DNA from: Octopus vulgaris
Lineage: Eukaryota
Length of the DNA stretch: 64,000 nucleotides
Direction: 5' to 3'
Assembly: GCA_951406725.2 (NCBI GenBank)
Contig: OX597818.1
Location: 36,828,001 to 36,892,000, forward strand
The notes beneath the pieces were generated by a model. The model did no database searches. It saw nothing but the letters and a program-made list of their open reading frames with translations, and was not told the DNA's origin. The position numbers were made by a program, and so were the translations under genes. Shown one piece after another: positions 13,420 to 26,204 of the stretch; positions within the stretch are counted from its first letter, which is position 1, and the number at the start of each line of letters is the position of its first letter.

Positions 13420-13610
13420 ATCCCACAAGGTCAGCGATTTCGGGGGTGGGGCAATAAGTCGATTACATTGACCCCGGTGTTCAACTAGTACTTATTTTGT
13501 TGAGCCCAATAGATGAAAGGCAAAGTCAACCTTGGAAGCATTTGAAATCAGATAGTTTACCATATGCATTTCGTCCGGCGTGGTAACCATTGTGCCTCTC
13601 CACGCCTTTT
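13420..13610 (-). mobile_element. Nin-domain SINE
   Basis: gatgaaaggcaaagtcaacc core on the plus strand. Confidence 0.75.
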
Positions 13611-13874
13611 TTTAATTAATGCTTTTGCTAAACAAAAAAAAAGTAATGAGGGAAAATCATTTATACTATGCTTTTCTTTATATATAAAGGATATAAGCGG
13701 TTTAGTTCGTTGGTGATCTAAACGAAAAGGTACGATGAGTAAGTGCTATAATTGGTCATCCGTTTGGTTCCAATTTCACAGCTGAGGCTGGAGCTAGGGA
13801 TCCATATTTGGCTTCCTTTTCCTCTAATATATATATATATATACATATATATAAATATATACACATATATATAC

Positions 13875-13930
<56 letters not shown>

Positions 13931-14004
13931 AACTAGTATACTGGTATGATATATTTGATGTATTATACAATCAGTTAATTAGTTACAGTCCACGTTTGTG
14001 TGTG

Positions 14005-14055
<51 letters not shown>

Positions 14056-14062
14056 TGTATAA

Positions 14063-14303
14063 ATGTTATACACATCGTTCGATACATGCATGTATGTATG
14101 TATGTATTAGAGGAAGAAGGACAACAAAAACCAAGGCAGGACAGGTATCTCAAGTCATTTAGAATAATTTAATTAGGGTAAGGTGAATTTGAAGTCTTAC
14201 AGCTGTTCCTAGGATATCCCAATTAATAGGCTAGCATTTTCGTACACCGGGTATTCCGTCATCAGAGACAAGGTGAGTACGTATGAAAGATTCAGACAGG
14301 GAC

Positions 14304-14370
<67 letters not shown>

Positions 14371-14513
14371 TAATTAGGGTTCAGCTAACTGCACTACATA
14401 CCGAAATTAGAAAAAGGAGTTCAAAATTCCTTTCCTACTACTATAACGCTATAACGTACCGATGTACTTAGTAAAATTGTTAATTAATTGATTAATGAAT
14501 TAATTAATTGAAT

Positions 14514-14572
<59 letters not shown>

Positions 14573-14800
14573 ATATATATCGTTCGATACATATGTATGT
14601 ATGTATGTATTAGAGGAAGAAGGACAACAAAAACCAAGGCATATATATATATAAGTCATTTAGAATAATTTAATTGGGTAAGGTGAATTTGAAGTCTTAC
14701 AGCTGTTCCTAGGATATAATTAATAGGCTAGCATTTTCGTACACCGGGTATTCCGTCATCAGAGACAAGGTGAGTACGTATGAAAGATTCAGACAGGGAC

Positions 14801-14845
<45 letters not shown>

Positions 14846-14988
14846 TAATTAGGGTTCAGCTAACTGCACTACATACCGAAATTAGAAAAAGGAGTTCAAA
14901 ATTCCTTTCCTACTACTATAACGCTATAACGTACCGATGTACTTAGTAAAATTGTTAATTAATTGATTAATGAATTAATTAATTGAAT

Positions 14989-14995
<7 letters not shown>
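14063..14995. repeat. Tandem duplication, ~500 bp period, embedded in (TA)n
   Basis: Near-identical blocks; gtcttacagctg at 14194 and 14694. Confidence 0.9.
14194..14269 (-). ncRNA. Type I hammerhead-like motif (GAAA changed to GGAA); second copy at 14694-14766
   Basis: gtct-CTGATGA-imperfect stem II-GGAA-cagctg-TA-agac. Confidence 0.55.
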
Positions 14996-15048
<53 letters not shown>

Positions 15049-15055
15049 TATAAAT

Positions 15056-15092
<37 letters not shown>

Positions 15093-15101
15093 TATATAAA
15101 T

Positions 15102-15145
<44 letters not shown>

Positions 15146-15146
15146 G

Positions 15147-15187
<41 letters not shown>

Positions 15188-15504
15188 TATAAATTGATAG
15201 ATATATATATATATATATATATATAAATTGATAGATATATATATATATATATATATATATATCAATTTGAAGGCTTAATGAAGAATCGAGGTACATCAAC
15301 ATGTATGACATCACCAACTGGCTAGAAAGATTCTCAGAGAGCAGACAGTAAACGTCTAGTTGAAATTAGTTGCAGATATCGTGGCTGAGTGAATATTTAC
15401 GCAAAGTAATTTAATCCATTCTTGACTACATTAAATCAATTTCTGCCGAAACAACTGTCGCGGATTTAAACTTCTTTCCTATGTTTTATACACACACATA
15501 CATA

Positions 15505-15578
<74 letters not shown>

Positions 15579-15722
15579 TGTGTAACCATTTGTACTTTGA
15601 GTATATGTCTATTAGTATGTCAATCAAAGCACATTCACCTTTTGGGCTATCTAATATCATCCACAGTTATGATATAATTTTCACTGGATCTACATCAGGA
15701 AATCAGCAGTATTTGTGGAGTT

Positions 15723-16026
15723 TATAATAGATGAGGGAAACGGAAGACGGATTTAGTACGAACTTTTATTCAGTACGACAATCATTTTGACACGTCCTGC
15801 ATCTATCTCATAGGATATTGTGCATCTGGTTGCATTGTATCAATCGGTGCAGGCCGCGTCACTTCGGCTGCTTGGTGCAGAAAAATATCGCACAGCCTGC
15901 ACTGATAGATGAAATCCAATCAGATGCACAATATTCTATGGAACGGATGCAGGATGAGTCGAAACGATCGTCGTGGTGTATAAAGATTTGTACTAAATCC
16001 ATCTTCCGTTTCCTTTATCGACTATA
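15723..16026. mobile_element. ~300-bp fold-back element
   Basis: Arms pair, e.g. ggaaacggaagacggatttagtac with gtactaaatccatcttccgtttcc; the right arm has GAAA-cgatcg-TC. Confidence 0.8.
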
Positions 16027-16027
16027 T

Positions 16028-16073
<46 letters not shown>

Positions 16074-16136
16074 ATAGATAAATAAATAGATACATACACA
16101 TATACACACATATACATTTATATGTGTATGTATGTA

Positions 16137-16790
16137 CGTGTGTGTGTGTGCACACGCGCGTGTGTAGGTACGAAGGTCTAAAATGGCCGTACTTATGTAC
16201 ATATGTATGTATGCATGTGTGTATGTATGTATGTATGTGTGTATGTATGTATGTGTGTATGTTTGTATGTATCTATGTATGTACAACCTGTTTCACATGT
16301 GTGTGCACGCACGCGCGCGTGTGTAGGTATGAAGGTCTAAAATGGCCGTACTTATGTACATATGTATGTATGTATGTATGCATGTGTGTATGTATGTGTG
16401 TGTATGTATGCATGCATGTGTGTATGTATGTATGTATGTATGTATGTATGTATGTACAACCTGTATCACGTGTGTGTGCACGCGCGCGTGAGTAGGTATG
16501 AAGGTCTAAAATGGCCGTACTTACGTACATATGTATGTATGTGTGTATGTATGCATGTATGCATGCATGCATGCATGTGTGTATGTATGTATGTATGTAT
16601 GTATGTATTTATGTATGTATGTATGCATGTATGTATGTATGCATGTGTGTATGTATGTATGCACGTATGTATGTATGTATGTATGTATGTGTGTATGTAT
16701 GTATGTGTGTATGCATGTGTGTATGTATGTATGTATGTATGTATATATGTATGTATGTATCTATGCATGCATGTACAACCTGTTTCACTT
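16137..16790. repeat. Three-copy minisatellite: unique core plus variable (TGTA)n
   Basis: gtaggtaygaaggtctaaaatggccgtactta and tgtacaacctgt each occur three times. Confidence 0.9.
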
Positions 16791-17078
16791 CAAACGGAAT
16801 TCGTCAGTGCTTATACTTGTACCGTGAGAAAATTTTTAAAAATCAAAGTAACACATAGAGACATGAAAAAGAAAGGACATCAATTGTTCTGGCAAATCTT
16901 TTATGCAATCTGTATATGTAAAGACGCGTGCTCATTACTTTTCGGTAAATATAATTACCATATATTATAAAAACAAAGCAGTAGTTTCAGACGGTATTAA
17001 TGAGTGTTACTAATTGTAGATTGGAAAGTTACTAATTGAGGATAAGGGAATTTACTAGTTGTAGATTTTAGTGTGTTT

Positions 17079-17442
17079 AAAAGTTCTAAAAACTTATGAA
17101 AAATTTCTGAATTTCAAAATTCTAAAATATATATATAGGTGAGAAGGAGGCGCAATGGCCTAGTGGTTTGGGCAGCGGACTCGCGGTCGCAGGATCGCGG
17201 TTTCGATTCCCAGACCGGGCGTTGTGAGTGTTTATTGAGCGAAAACACCTAAAAGCTCCACGAGGCTCCGCCAGGGGGTGGTGATCCCTGCTGTACTCTT
17301 TCACCATTCTTTCTCCCACTCTTTCTTCTGTTGGCCTGCTCGCTTAGCCAGCGGGGTGGCGTCATTCGAAGGCTAAAACAATGCGAACGCATTGTGACCA
17401 GCGATGTGTAACAACATCTGATGGTCTGGTCGGTCACGTGAT

Positions 17443-17489
<47 letters not shown>

Positions 17490-17620
17490 TGTATTCGTGT
17501 GTGTGTTTGTATGACTGTGCGTATCCGAGGATTTAATTCTCATCTTTAGAATCAGAATTTGGTAAAAAATATTTTGGAATTTTGAAATTCAGAAATTTTT
17601 CAAACGTTTTTAGAACTTTT
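17079..17620. mobile_element. MITE-like element with ~52-bp inverted ends, hosting a SINE
   Basis: 17079-17130 is the approximate reverse complement of 17569-17620. Confidence 0.65.
17146..17450 (+). mobile_element. OR-like SINE with a third type of 3' module
   Basis: tRNA-Arg head; tail ggcgtcattcgaaggc...ggtcacgtgatcacgtgat, also seen at ~25755-25865 and 40835-40940. Confidence 0.8.
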
Positions 17621-17635
17621 TTTTTCTCATTTTCC

Positions 17636-17699
17636 TTTTGTCTCTGATGGCGAAATATCCCATACTCTGGGGTATCCCAGAAACAGTTGTAAGACAAAA
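17636..17699 (+). ncRNA. Type I hammerhead-like motif (core CTGATGG)
   Basis: ttttgtct-CTGATGG-stem II-GAAA-cagttg-TA-agacaaaa, with an 8-bp stem I. Confidence 0.6.
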
Positions 17700-17783
17700 T
17701 TCTTTCCAATAATAATAATAATGTATATGACTTGTGATGTTTGCCTCCCCTTAACGTTTGTTGTATTCTTTAACAATTATGTG

Positions 17784-17855
<72 letters not shown>

Positions 17856-18154
17856 AGAGAGAGAGAGAGAGAGAGGATTTCAGAATATGTCTCTGTAAAA
17901 AGCAGTGCATGCACATTCACACACACACACATATATACATATGTGTATGTATGTATGTATGTATGTATGTAGCTTAGGTATTGCGATACTATTAAGCTGA
18001 TATAGAACTTAGTATACGTATGCTTCTGAACGAAACATTAGTCGGGTACAGAGCGGTAATAAGAAAGAAATGACAAAGGAATAGCCGATTGCCTTATGAG
18101 CTTCATTAGCTTACAGCTGTTGCCATTTTTCTTATTACCGCTCTAATGTGTTTG

Positions 18155-18186
<32 letters not shown>

Positions 18187-21074
18187 TGTATGTATGTATG
18201 TATGTATGTATGTATGTATGCATGCATGCATGTATCTATCTATCTATATATGTATGTAATTTTAATAAATCATTTCGAAAGAGCAGAAGAGTACATTGAG
18301 TTATTTTCTAATATAAGCGTTTGTTCTTGAAAATATTTAGAGATTTAGAAAGACAGAAATGCACCAATATAAAGATGGTTATGTTCCATTCCAACTACGT
18401 AAATTGATTTACGAGTATATTCGGTTTATAATATCTCACACTGTATTCTTAAGCTGACACTTTATTTTATCTGAATGTCAACTGAGAATTGGACATTTCG
18501 TAGCTCTTACTTTTGAATATGTTGCTTGTTTTGTTTCTTTTTATTTTTTGCGATAGCATAAGACTTTGCTGTGGCAAGGCTGTTACATTTTAATCTATAT
18601 GGTTTACTTTGATTTTTCAGGTCCCAAATGAAGTTAGAGATCGAAGCTTCTTCCCTTCAGTATTTGCTTGGAAATGTATGTAAATGCTGATTAAATGGAA
18701 TTTTATATGGATTTCCGGTGAGTCCGATATATTTATTGGATAAGTTATTAATTTATATGGTCTTCTAGTATATTATATGATTGACTTGTTTTTATACAAA
18801 TTCACTTGCTACTAGTTGGCTTAGTTTTAGACATATCAAGAGGGACAAATGTGAAGAAAATTACGAATTAGAATATGTGATTTTATTTTTACTTTTATTA
18901 TTTTTATTGATTTTATCATTATCATAATTTACGGTATTTATATTCTGGGTGGAAGTTTATTTTCTATGTTAGCAGGAGTACTTGTGTGTCATGGTGCAAT
19001 GGCTAAAGTAACAGCAAAATTAGTCCAAGTAATATTCATTTTCCTATTGTATGAGCAGTATTGCTAATGTTACCTTCAACACAGGTAATGCTTCTTTTTT
19101 ATCAAATATTATTATAATATATAGAAGAAAAATTCTTGGTTGCAAAGTTTGACAAAGATAGATATGTTTGACTAAATTAGTAATCATGTTGTTGGTGATT
19201 CCGTTTGATGGGATTATAGTTATTCAGACATAAGAGTCCATCATCACTGTAAATACCCCCTCCTCTTGGGAGGACTGAGTTTTAAATTATGTAAGGAAAA
19301 TATTCCTATAATGCCATTAGACAATTCTCTTATCCATGTAAATTTGCTAAAATTCAAAGTGGTCTTTGTGTTTGCATCACAATATCTATTTCGTTTATTA
19401 TCTATTTCCGTAATATTTTTGATCTGAGGATTTGATGGCATTAATGAGTAATATTCCTGCATTTGGTAAGTGAGAATCAACTTTCGAATAATCCAATTAT
19501 ACGAAGTTTAATAAACTTTTGGACATGTTTTCAAGACACTCAAGCATTAGGGCAGATTTTCTAAAGGTTATTATATTACAATTATAACATTTATTACACA
19601 TAGTTAAAAATCCATGGTGCACCTAGAATACTCCTGGTGGCGCACTGCTTTAGAGCCACTGATCTGCAGGTTTATAAAGAGACAGAGACGAGGGATGGGG
19701 CAATATCTATTCATTCTTTAGTTACTATAAACTGATTCCAGTTACGCCCCGAAAACGTCACCATAAATTGCAATGACACTTTTGAAATAAAGAGTAAACC
19801 ATTTTAGAGCCAACAGGATTAAAGGTTTTAGCGTCCATTTCTTGAATAATAATCAAAATGATGTAACTGAACTGGTTCTGAATGTGAACATAGTCGGATT
19901 GCGTCATCCAAACCCCTTTCAAGTTTATAATTATACTGACTCTAAGTTAGAACATAGTATGTGAATATATTATGTTAATGGGTTAACTAATGCAAATAGT
20001 TGGACCCAAGGAACAAATAGTAGATTGGTGGGATAGAAAGCTGGATATCTAGCTGGTTGGCTGGTTAGTAGGTTAGTTGGTGATGCTATTGTTTTTGTTG
20101 TAGTTTTGCCCCCATCACAACCAGGTCAACATTCGAACCGTAAAATTCTTGTCTTCTTATTTTTGCTAAAGAATACAGTCTTTGTTTTGCTTTGTTTTTG
20201 TATGGCTGTAACAATCTGATTTGAGGGAAATTTGGGTGCTATATCTAGTAGGTCAAGTGACTGCGTCGAAGACCCTATGTATGATAATTGATAAGTTGCC
20301 ATTGAGATAGTACGTTGGTTGTGGTAGTTCGTAGAGATGTTGTGGCTTATATCCCAAGTCACTGCGAGCTGATCAAGAGCCCGTAGCTAGTTTATCAAAT
20401 CGACTAGACACCATCAATAAATTTATGCTTACCCATACCTTCATATCATCTATAATCGTGCTGATCTACGATAAAAGGCGTTCCAACCACGGCCATCCGA
20501 TTTCTTTCTTTCTTACAGATTGTTTAAACCTACTGTATCCAATATGCTTCTACTAATTTTTTGACTGTTAGTGTGCCAATTGAGATTTCACAGCTGTTTT
20601 TGGTTGGGTCACAGACTAGACCGATGGTTATTCTGTTGGTGGTGGTGGTGGTAGTGGTAGTAGTAGTAGTAGTAGAAGCAGCAGTTGGTGTTGTTTAGTG
20701 GTGGTAAGAGCGTTAGTTCGTTGGTGGATAAACATTGCAAAAGAAAAAAAAAACGTTTGTGAAAGGAAAACTGGTTCATCTTTTGTGTTTGTTTCGATTT
20801 TTGTCTCCTTTTTAAAAACTCATAATGGCATTGTGATATAATTATCATCCTCATCATTGTTAACATTACTGTTATTATTATTATTTTGGTTTGGCTCAGG
20901 TTTGGTCTTATACTTACTACCTGTAAACTTAGGTAACCACAAATTTTCAGAAGTCTTTCAAATGCTTAGAACCCTCCTGATAAATCCATATTCTTCTTCT
21001 TTTTCTTCTTCTTCTTATTATTATTATTACTATTATTATTATTATTATTATGTTCATCATAATTTCGTCCGTTT

Positions 21075-21202
21075 TTACACCGAGTAAATTCCGCTGAGAT
21101 CGAATTTGCTTTTCATCCTTTCGGGGTCAATAAATTAAGTACCAGTTGTGTACTGGAGTCGATGTAATTGACTTACACCTTCCCCAACTTTGGAAAGAAT
21201 TA

Positions 21203-21251
<49 letters not shown>

Positions 21252-21770
21252 GGACAAAATGCCTAGCGGTATTTCCCCTGTCTTTACGTTCTGAGTTCAA
21301 ATTCCGCCGAGGTCAATTTTGCCTTTCAGCCTTTCGAGGTCGATAAATTAAGTACCAGTTGCGTACCAGTGTCATTCTAATCGACTGGCCCCCTTCCACC
21401 AAATGTCAGGCCCTGTGCCTATAGTAGACAGGAATATAGTAGAAAGTATTTCGTCTGCCGCTACGTTCTGAGTTCAAATTCTGCCGAGGTCGACTTTGCC
21501 TTTCAACCTTTCGGGATCGATAAATTAAGTACCAGTTGCGTACTAGTATCAGTCTAACTGACTGGCCTCCCTCCCACCAAATTACGGACAAAATGCTTAG
21601 CAGTATTTCGGCTGCCGCTACGTTCTGAGTTCAAATTCTGCCGAGGTCGACTCTGCTTTTTATCCTTTCGGAGTCGATAAATTAAGTACCACTGAGGTCG
21701 ATGTAATCGACTAGTCCCCTCTCAAAATATTTTCGGGCCTCATGCTTTTAGTAGAAAAGATTATTATTAT
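21075..21770 (+). mobile_element. Head-to-tail array of four 5'-truncated Nin-domain SINEs
   Basis: tcgataaattaagtacca and its variants recur at ~21125, 21340, 21515 and 21675. Confidence 0.85.
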
Positions 21771-21804
21771 TATTTATCTCTATTTTTGCTGGTCTTGTAC
21801 CGAA

Positions 21805-21918
21805 ATTAGATACAATTATTACTGCTGTTGTTGTTTTTGTTGTTGTTGTTGTCTGTGGTGGTGGTGGTCGTCGTGGTGGTGGTCGTGGTGGTCGTGGTGG
21901 TCGTGGTGGTGGTGTTGG

Positions 21919-21967
<49 letters not shown>

Positions 21968-22020
21968 GATGGTGATGGAGGTGGTGGTGAGTTGTGGTAG
22001 TGGTGGTGGTGGTGGTTTGT
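21805..22020. repeat. Compound trinucleotide tract (TTG/TGG/CTG)
   Basis: Directly visible. Confidence 0.9.
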
Positions 22021-22409
22021 TTGCTGGCTGTTGTGGCGGTAGTGATTTTGTACTTTCCTTTTTGTTTGCGAGTGGACTGACTACACCCGTCCCCCACCCA
22101 CCACCACCACCAGCACTCCAGGACAAAAGGAAACACAAAACCCCCACTGTATAATAATGGCTTACACAAAGAGAGCAATGGCCAGCTGCAGTTAGGTCAA
22201 GCTATGAAAACAAGAATGACCAAGCGTCATACGCTCGACTAATTAACAAAAATATCATTAATCATGATCTTGTATTGATAACGTACAGAGGCCCATGGCC
22301 ACAGATCATGGGGAGAATTGACGAGTGATAGTGTATGAGAATGCAACACAGTCTATGGAAATATATAACCGAACTTAGCATGAAGATATGGACATTCTTG
22401 CACAGATAT

Positions 22410-22574
22410 AGGCGTAGAAGTGGCTGTGTGGTATGTAGCTTGCTTGCCAACCACGTGGTTCCGGGTTCAGTCCCACTGTGTGGCACCTTGGGCAAGTGTC
22501 TTCTACTGTAGCCTCGGGCTGACCAAAGCCTTCTGAGTGGATTTGGTAGACGGAAACTGAAAAAGCCCGTCGTA

Positions 22575-22633
<59 letters not shown>

Positions 22634-22701
22634 CTTTGTTTGACTCCCCAACATCGCTTGACAACCGATGCTGGTGTGTTTACGTCTCCGTAACTTAGCG
22701 G
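22410..22701 (+). mobile_element. CORE-like SINE, 3'-truncated
   Basis: Runs from the head to gtaacttagcgg. Confidence 0.85.
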
Positions 22702-22705
22702 AGAC

Positions 22706-22866
22706 ATTTGACTGTGGCCATGCTGGAACACCGCCTTTAGTCGAGCAAATCGACCCCAGGATTTATTCTTTGTAAGCCTAGTACTTATTCTATCGGTCTC
22801 ATTTGCCGAACTGCTAAGTTACGGGGACGTAACACACTAGCATCGGTTGTCAAGCGATGTTGGACA

Positions 22867-22950
<84 letters not shown>

Positions 22951-23002
22951 ACGGGCGTCTTTCAGTTTCCTCTACCAAATCCACTCACAAGGCTTTGGTC
23001 GG

Positions 23003-23004
<2 letters not shown>
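22706..23004 (-). mobile_element. CORE-like SINE, 5'-truncated and inverted against the previous copy
   Basis: Reverse complement of the body and tail. Confidence 0.85.
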
Positions 23005-23044
<40 letters not shown>

Positions 23045-23054
23045 AACATTTCCG

Positions 23055-23245
23055 CCCCCACCCCCTGGACGGGACGCTGGTCCATCGTAGAAATACATGG
23101 CTTCTTTTTATCCGCTACGTGGACTGCAAAACGTGAAATAAAGTTTTTTGCTCGAGAACACAACACGTCGCCCGGTCTAGAAATTGAAACCACAATCTTA
23201 CGAACATGAGTCCAACACCCCTAACCACTATGCTACACGCCTCCA
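23055..23245 (-). mobile_element. Degenerate OR-like SINE (V/Meta-like)
   Basis: tggacgggacgctggtccatcg plus the reverse complement of the head. Confidence 0.65.
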
Positions 23246-23569
23246 ATAATTGCAATCAGTGAAAGAAAAAGAAAAAGAATTTTATTAAGAGGGCATGGGT
23301 GAAGTAGCTTAAGTCGTTGATTGTTGCCATTTAACCCAAGGTCAATCCAGATCAATTAGACCTATAATCAAAGGCATTCCATTTGTGATTATCTTGTGGG
23401 GATTTTTTTTTCTATTTAGAACTACTTTATTTTGTTTTTCTCAGGCCCTTATGTGTCATACTGGTCGGTTACTTAATTTCGATGCCGTACAAGCGACCAA
23501 GATCACAGCATTATCCCTGGACCGGATAAGGATCCATTATAGGATTCAAGACCAATGATATTTAAGGTG

Positions 23570-23750
23570 GGAAATAACAAGTCGGTTACACCAACCCAAG
23601 TACTTGACTAGCACTTTATTTTGTCGACCTCGAAGGGATAAAAGGCAAAGTTGACTTCCGTGGGATTTGAACTCAGAACGTAGGGAGTTGGATGAAATGT
23701 AGCTAAGCATTTTGTCCAACGTGCTCACTATTCTGTTGGCTCGCCGCCTT
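23570..23750 (-). mobile_element. Nin-domain SINE
   Basis: aaaggcaaagttgac...tttgaactcagaacg...ctcgccgcctt. Confidence 0.75.
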
Positions 23751-24824
23751 ATATCGGTAGCTACTTTGTCGAAATTTCATCTAAGATAGAGTTTAATTCA
23801 TAACTTACCAAAGTTTTATTAACTGAAGTGGAATGGCACCAACTGCCAGTTCCTGTTCTTGGTTCAGACTCAGATCAGATCAGTGATTCAAAGACTTTCC
23901 AACCGTAACTCTCCCGCCAATTCATTTATCGGAAACTTTAGTTGTCTACTGTATCTTTATTTGAAACGACTGGGTGTGGTTTAAGAAACATTTAACTGCT
24001 AATGTTACCAAGTCGGGCGACTGCGTAAAGACTCCTTCGACGGCTTGTCGGCCGACGAATTAGAAATCGGCTAACTGGCTTGTGGCTTGATTCGCTGTTG
24101 GTTGCCCCCTCTTTCGATACATGGCGTTAGATTACGATGTCCAGCTGCCGAGAGGTCAAAGTTCGTATTAACAGTGTCCGACTCACGCTTGGCTTAGTTA
24201 GGGAATAAAATCGTTTAAAATAAATGTATATACATTGAATGGGGTGTGGGCGTTTAAGTCTTAGTTAACAGCTGCGTAAACATAACGACACACACACACA
24301 CACACACATCTGCTTACATACATTGTCCAGTGCCACGCATATATACACGTGTGTATATCCACATACATTCATATAGACATGCAGACACGTTCATAGTCAT
24401 GCATACATACATACATACATACATACATGTGACTACAATAGGGATGAGTTTGATGACGTGTTGTGGACTTAAAGGTTTTCAATACAGTAATTGTGGCGTG
24501 ATCGGGGTAGTGGGTGGTAGTGGTGGCGGTAGTGGTGGTGGTGGTGGTCGTCGTCGTCGTCGTCGTGGATGTTGTCGACGTTGTTGTTGTTGTTATAATT
24601 ATTTCTGTTTTTGTTATTGTTGTTATTGTTGTTGTTGTTGTTGTATTTTGTTATTGACGTTCTTATTCCAATTGTTGTATGTTGCTGATTTTTTACGTTA
24701 TCGTTCGTCTTTCGTTACTACAATCGTTGTTGTTATTGATATTGTAGTGGTTGTTGTTGCTGTCGTCGTTATTCTTATTGTTGTTGTTATATTTCTTGTA
24801 ATTGTTGTTGCTGCAATTTGTTGT

Positions 24825-25069
24825 TACTACTTAAGAAGAGTGGTCCCGGTGCGCGCACTCGCGTACTCGAGCATCCGCGCTAGCTAGTTGTGACTAGTCG
24901 ATCCTACAACGACTACCTAGCAAAGAAATTAAAACACAAAATAAATAATTTTTTAAAACAAAGTAAATAAAACACACAACACAAAGTAAGGATCGACTAG
25001 TCACCACTATCTAGCGCAGATGCGCGAGTACGGGAGTGCGCGCACTGGGACCACTCTTCTTAAGTAGTA
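24825..25069. mobile_element. MITE with ~80-bp TIRs, possible TA target site duplication
   Basis: tactacttaagaagagtggtccc...gatcct pairs with aggatc...gggaccactcttcttaagtagta. Confidence 0.85.
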
Positions 25070-25700
25070 CCCATTTGTTTACCTCCTTATCCACTCAGTT
25101 CCGATTTGAGTGGGAACCTTTGATATATTTCTACCAATAGTACACAGAGATTTAAAGGAAATTTGGCCGATATTTCTAACAGATCAGACGACCACATCGA
25201 CGCCTTCCCTCGCTATCTCATGGCGATGATAGGGGATTGAGGGTTACTGATAGTGGTTGAAAAAATGGTGTTCATTGTTATTTAAACCTAGGTCGTTACT
25301 TAAACCCCAAAACAACTATGAACAAAGACATTCAAGCCATGACCACCTCATAATTTTTTTTCTTTCTTTCTTTATTTATTTATTTATTGGGGTTTCATTA
25401 TCCAATTCCATTTTATTAAGGAAGATAGGCCTGGCTGGAGACAAATTTGTCTGCTATATCGGGCAGATTGAGCGCCGGGTTAATAGCGATAGTTACAATC
25501 TCAGTTCATAGTGTAAAGTGGTCATGGTGGTAGTAAGAGTACATGTAGTAGTGAGAGTGTTAGTGATTATTCGCGGGAAAATATGAGGATGCGAGGAACT
25601 GGTGTGAGAGGTGAAATACTAGTAAGGACACGGTGGGGAGAGTGCGAGTGAAAGAGAGAGCGAGCGAGAGAGAGAGACAGAGGTTATGACGGTCACGTTG

Positions 25701-25759
<59 letters not shown>

Positions 25760-25894
25760 GCAGTCACAATCCGCTTTGCTTTGTTTTAGCTTTCGAATGA
25801 CGCCACTCCACGAAGCGCATTGTGGTGAGTGATGTACAACATCCGATAGTCTGGTCGATATGGTAATACACACACACACATATTCTTGTATTCT

Positions 25895-26173
25895 TTTATT
25901 CTTTTATTTGTGTCGGTTACTTGACTGCGGCTACGCTGGAGCACTACCTTCAAGTATTTTAGTAGAAGAAATCAACCTCAGAACTTATTCTTTGTAAGCT
26001 TAGTATTTATTCTATCGGTCTTATAAATAAATAAAATTGAATATCAAGTATTTATGGAATTTTGATTTACTGTCGGGTGAATCTTAATTCACTGTAGCTG
26101 GATGTTTTCTTGTCCCTTTTTGTATCACCTAGTTGTCCGGATGTGTTGCGTTCTTGTCCCATTTTGTTTTTGT

Positions 26174-26204
<31 letters not shown>

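Noticed and set aside
18050-18144. 17-bp inverted repeat with tacagctgtt as another paired hammerhead
   Set aside because: Only a helix-III-like half is present, in the opposite geometry; kept as a small inverted repeat only.
21742-22178. PolyQ/H/S/T ORFs resembling a transcription factor
   Set aside because: Trinucleotide tract open in several frames on both strands, with no domain or splice support.
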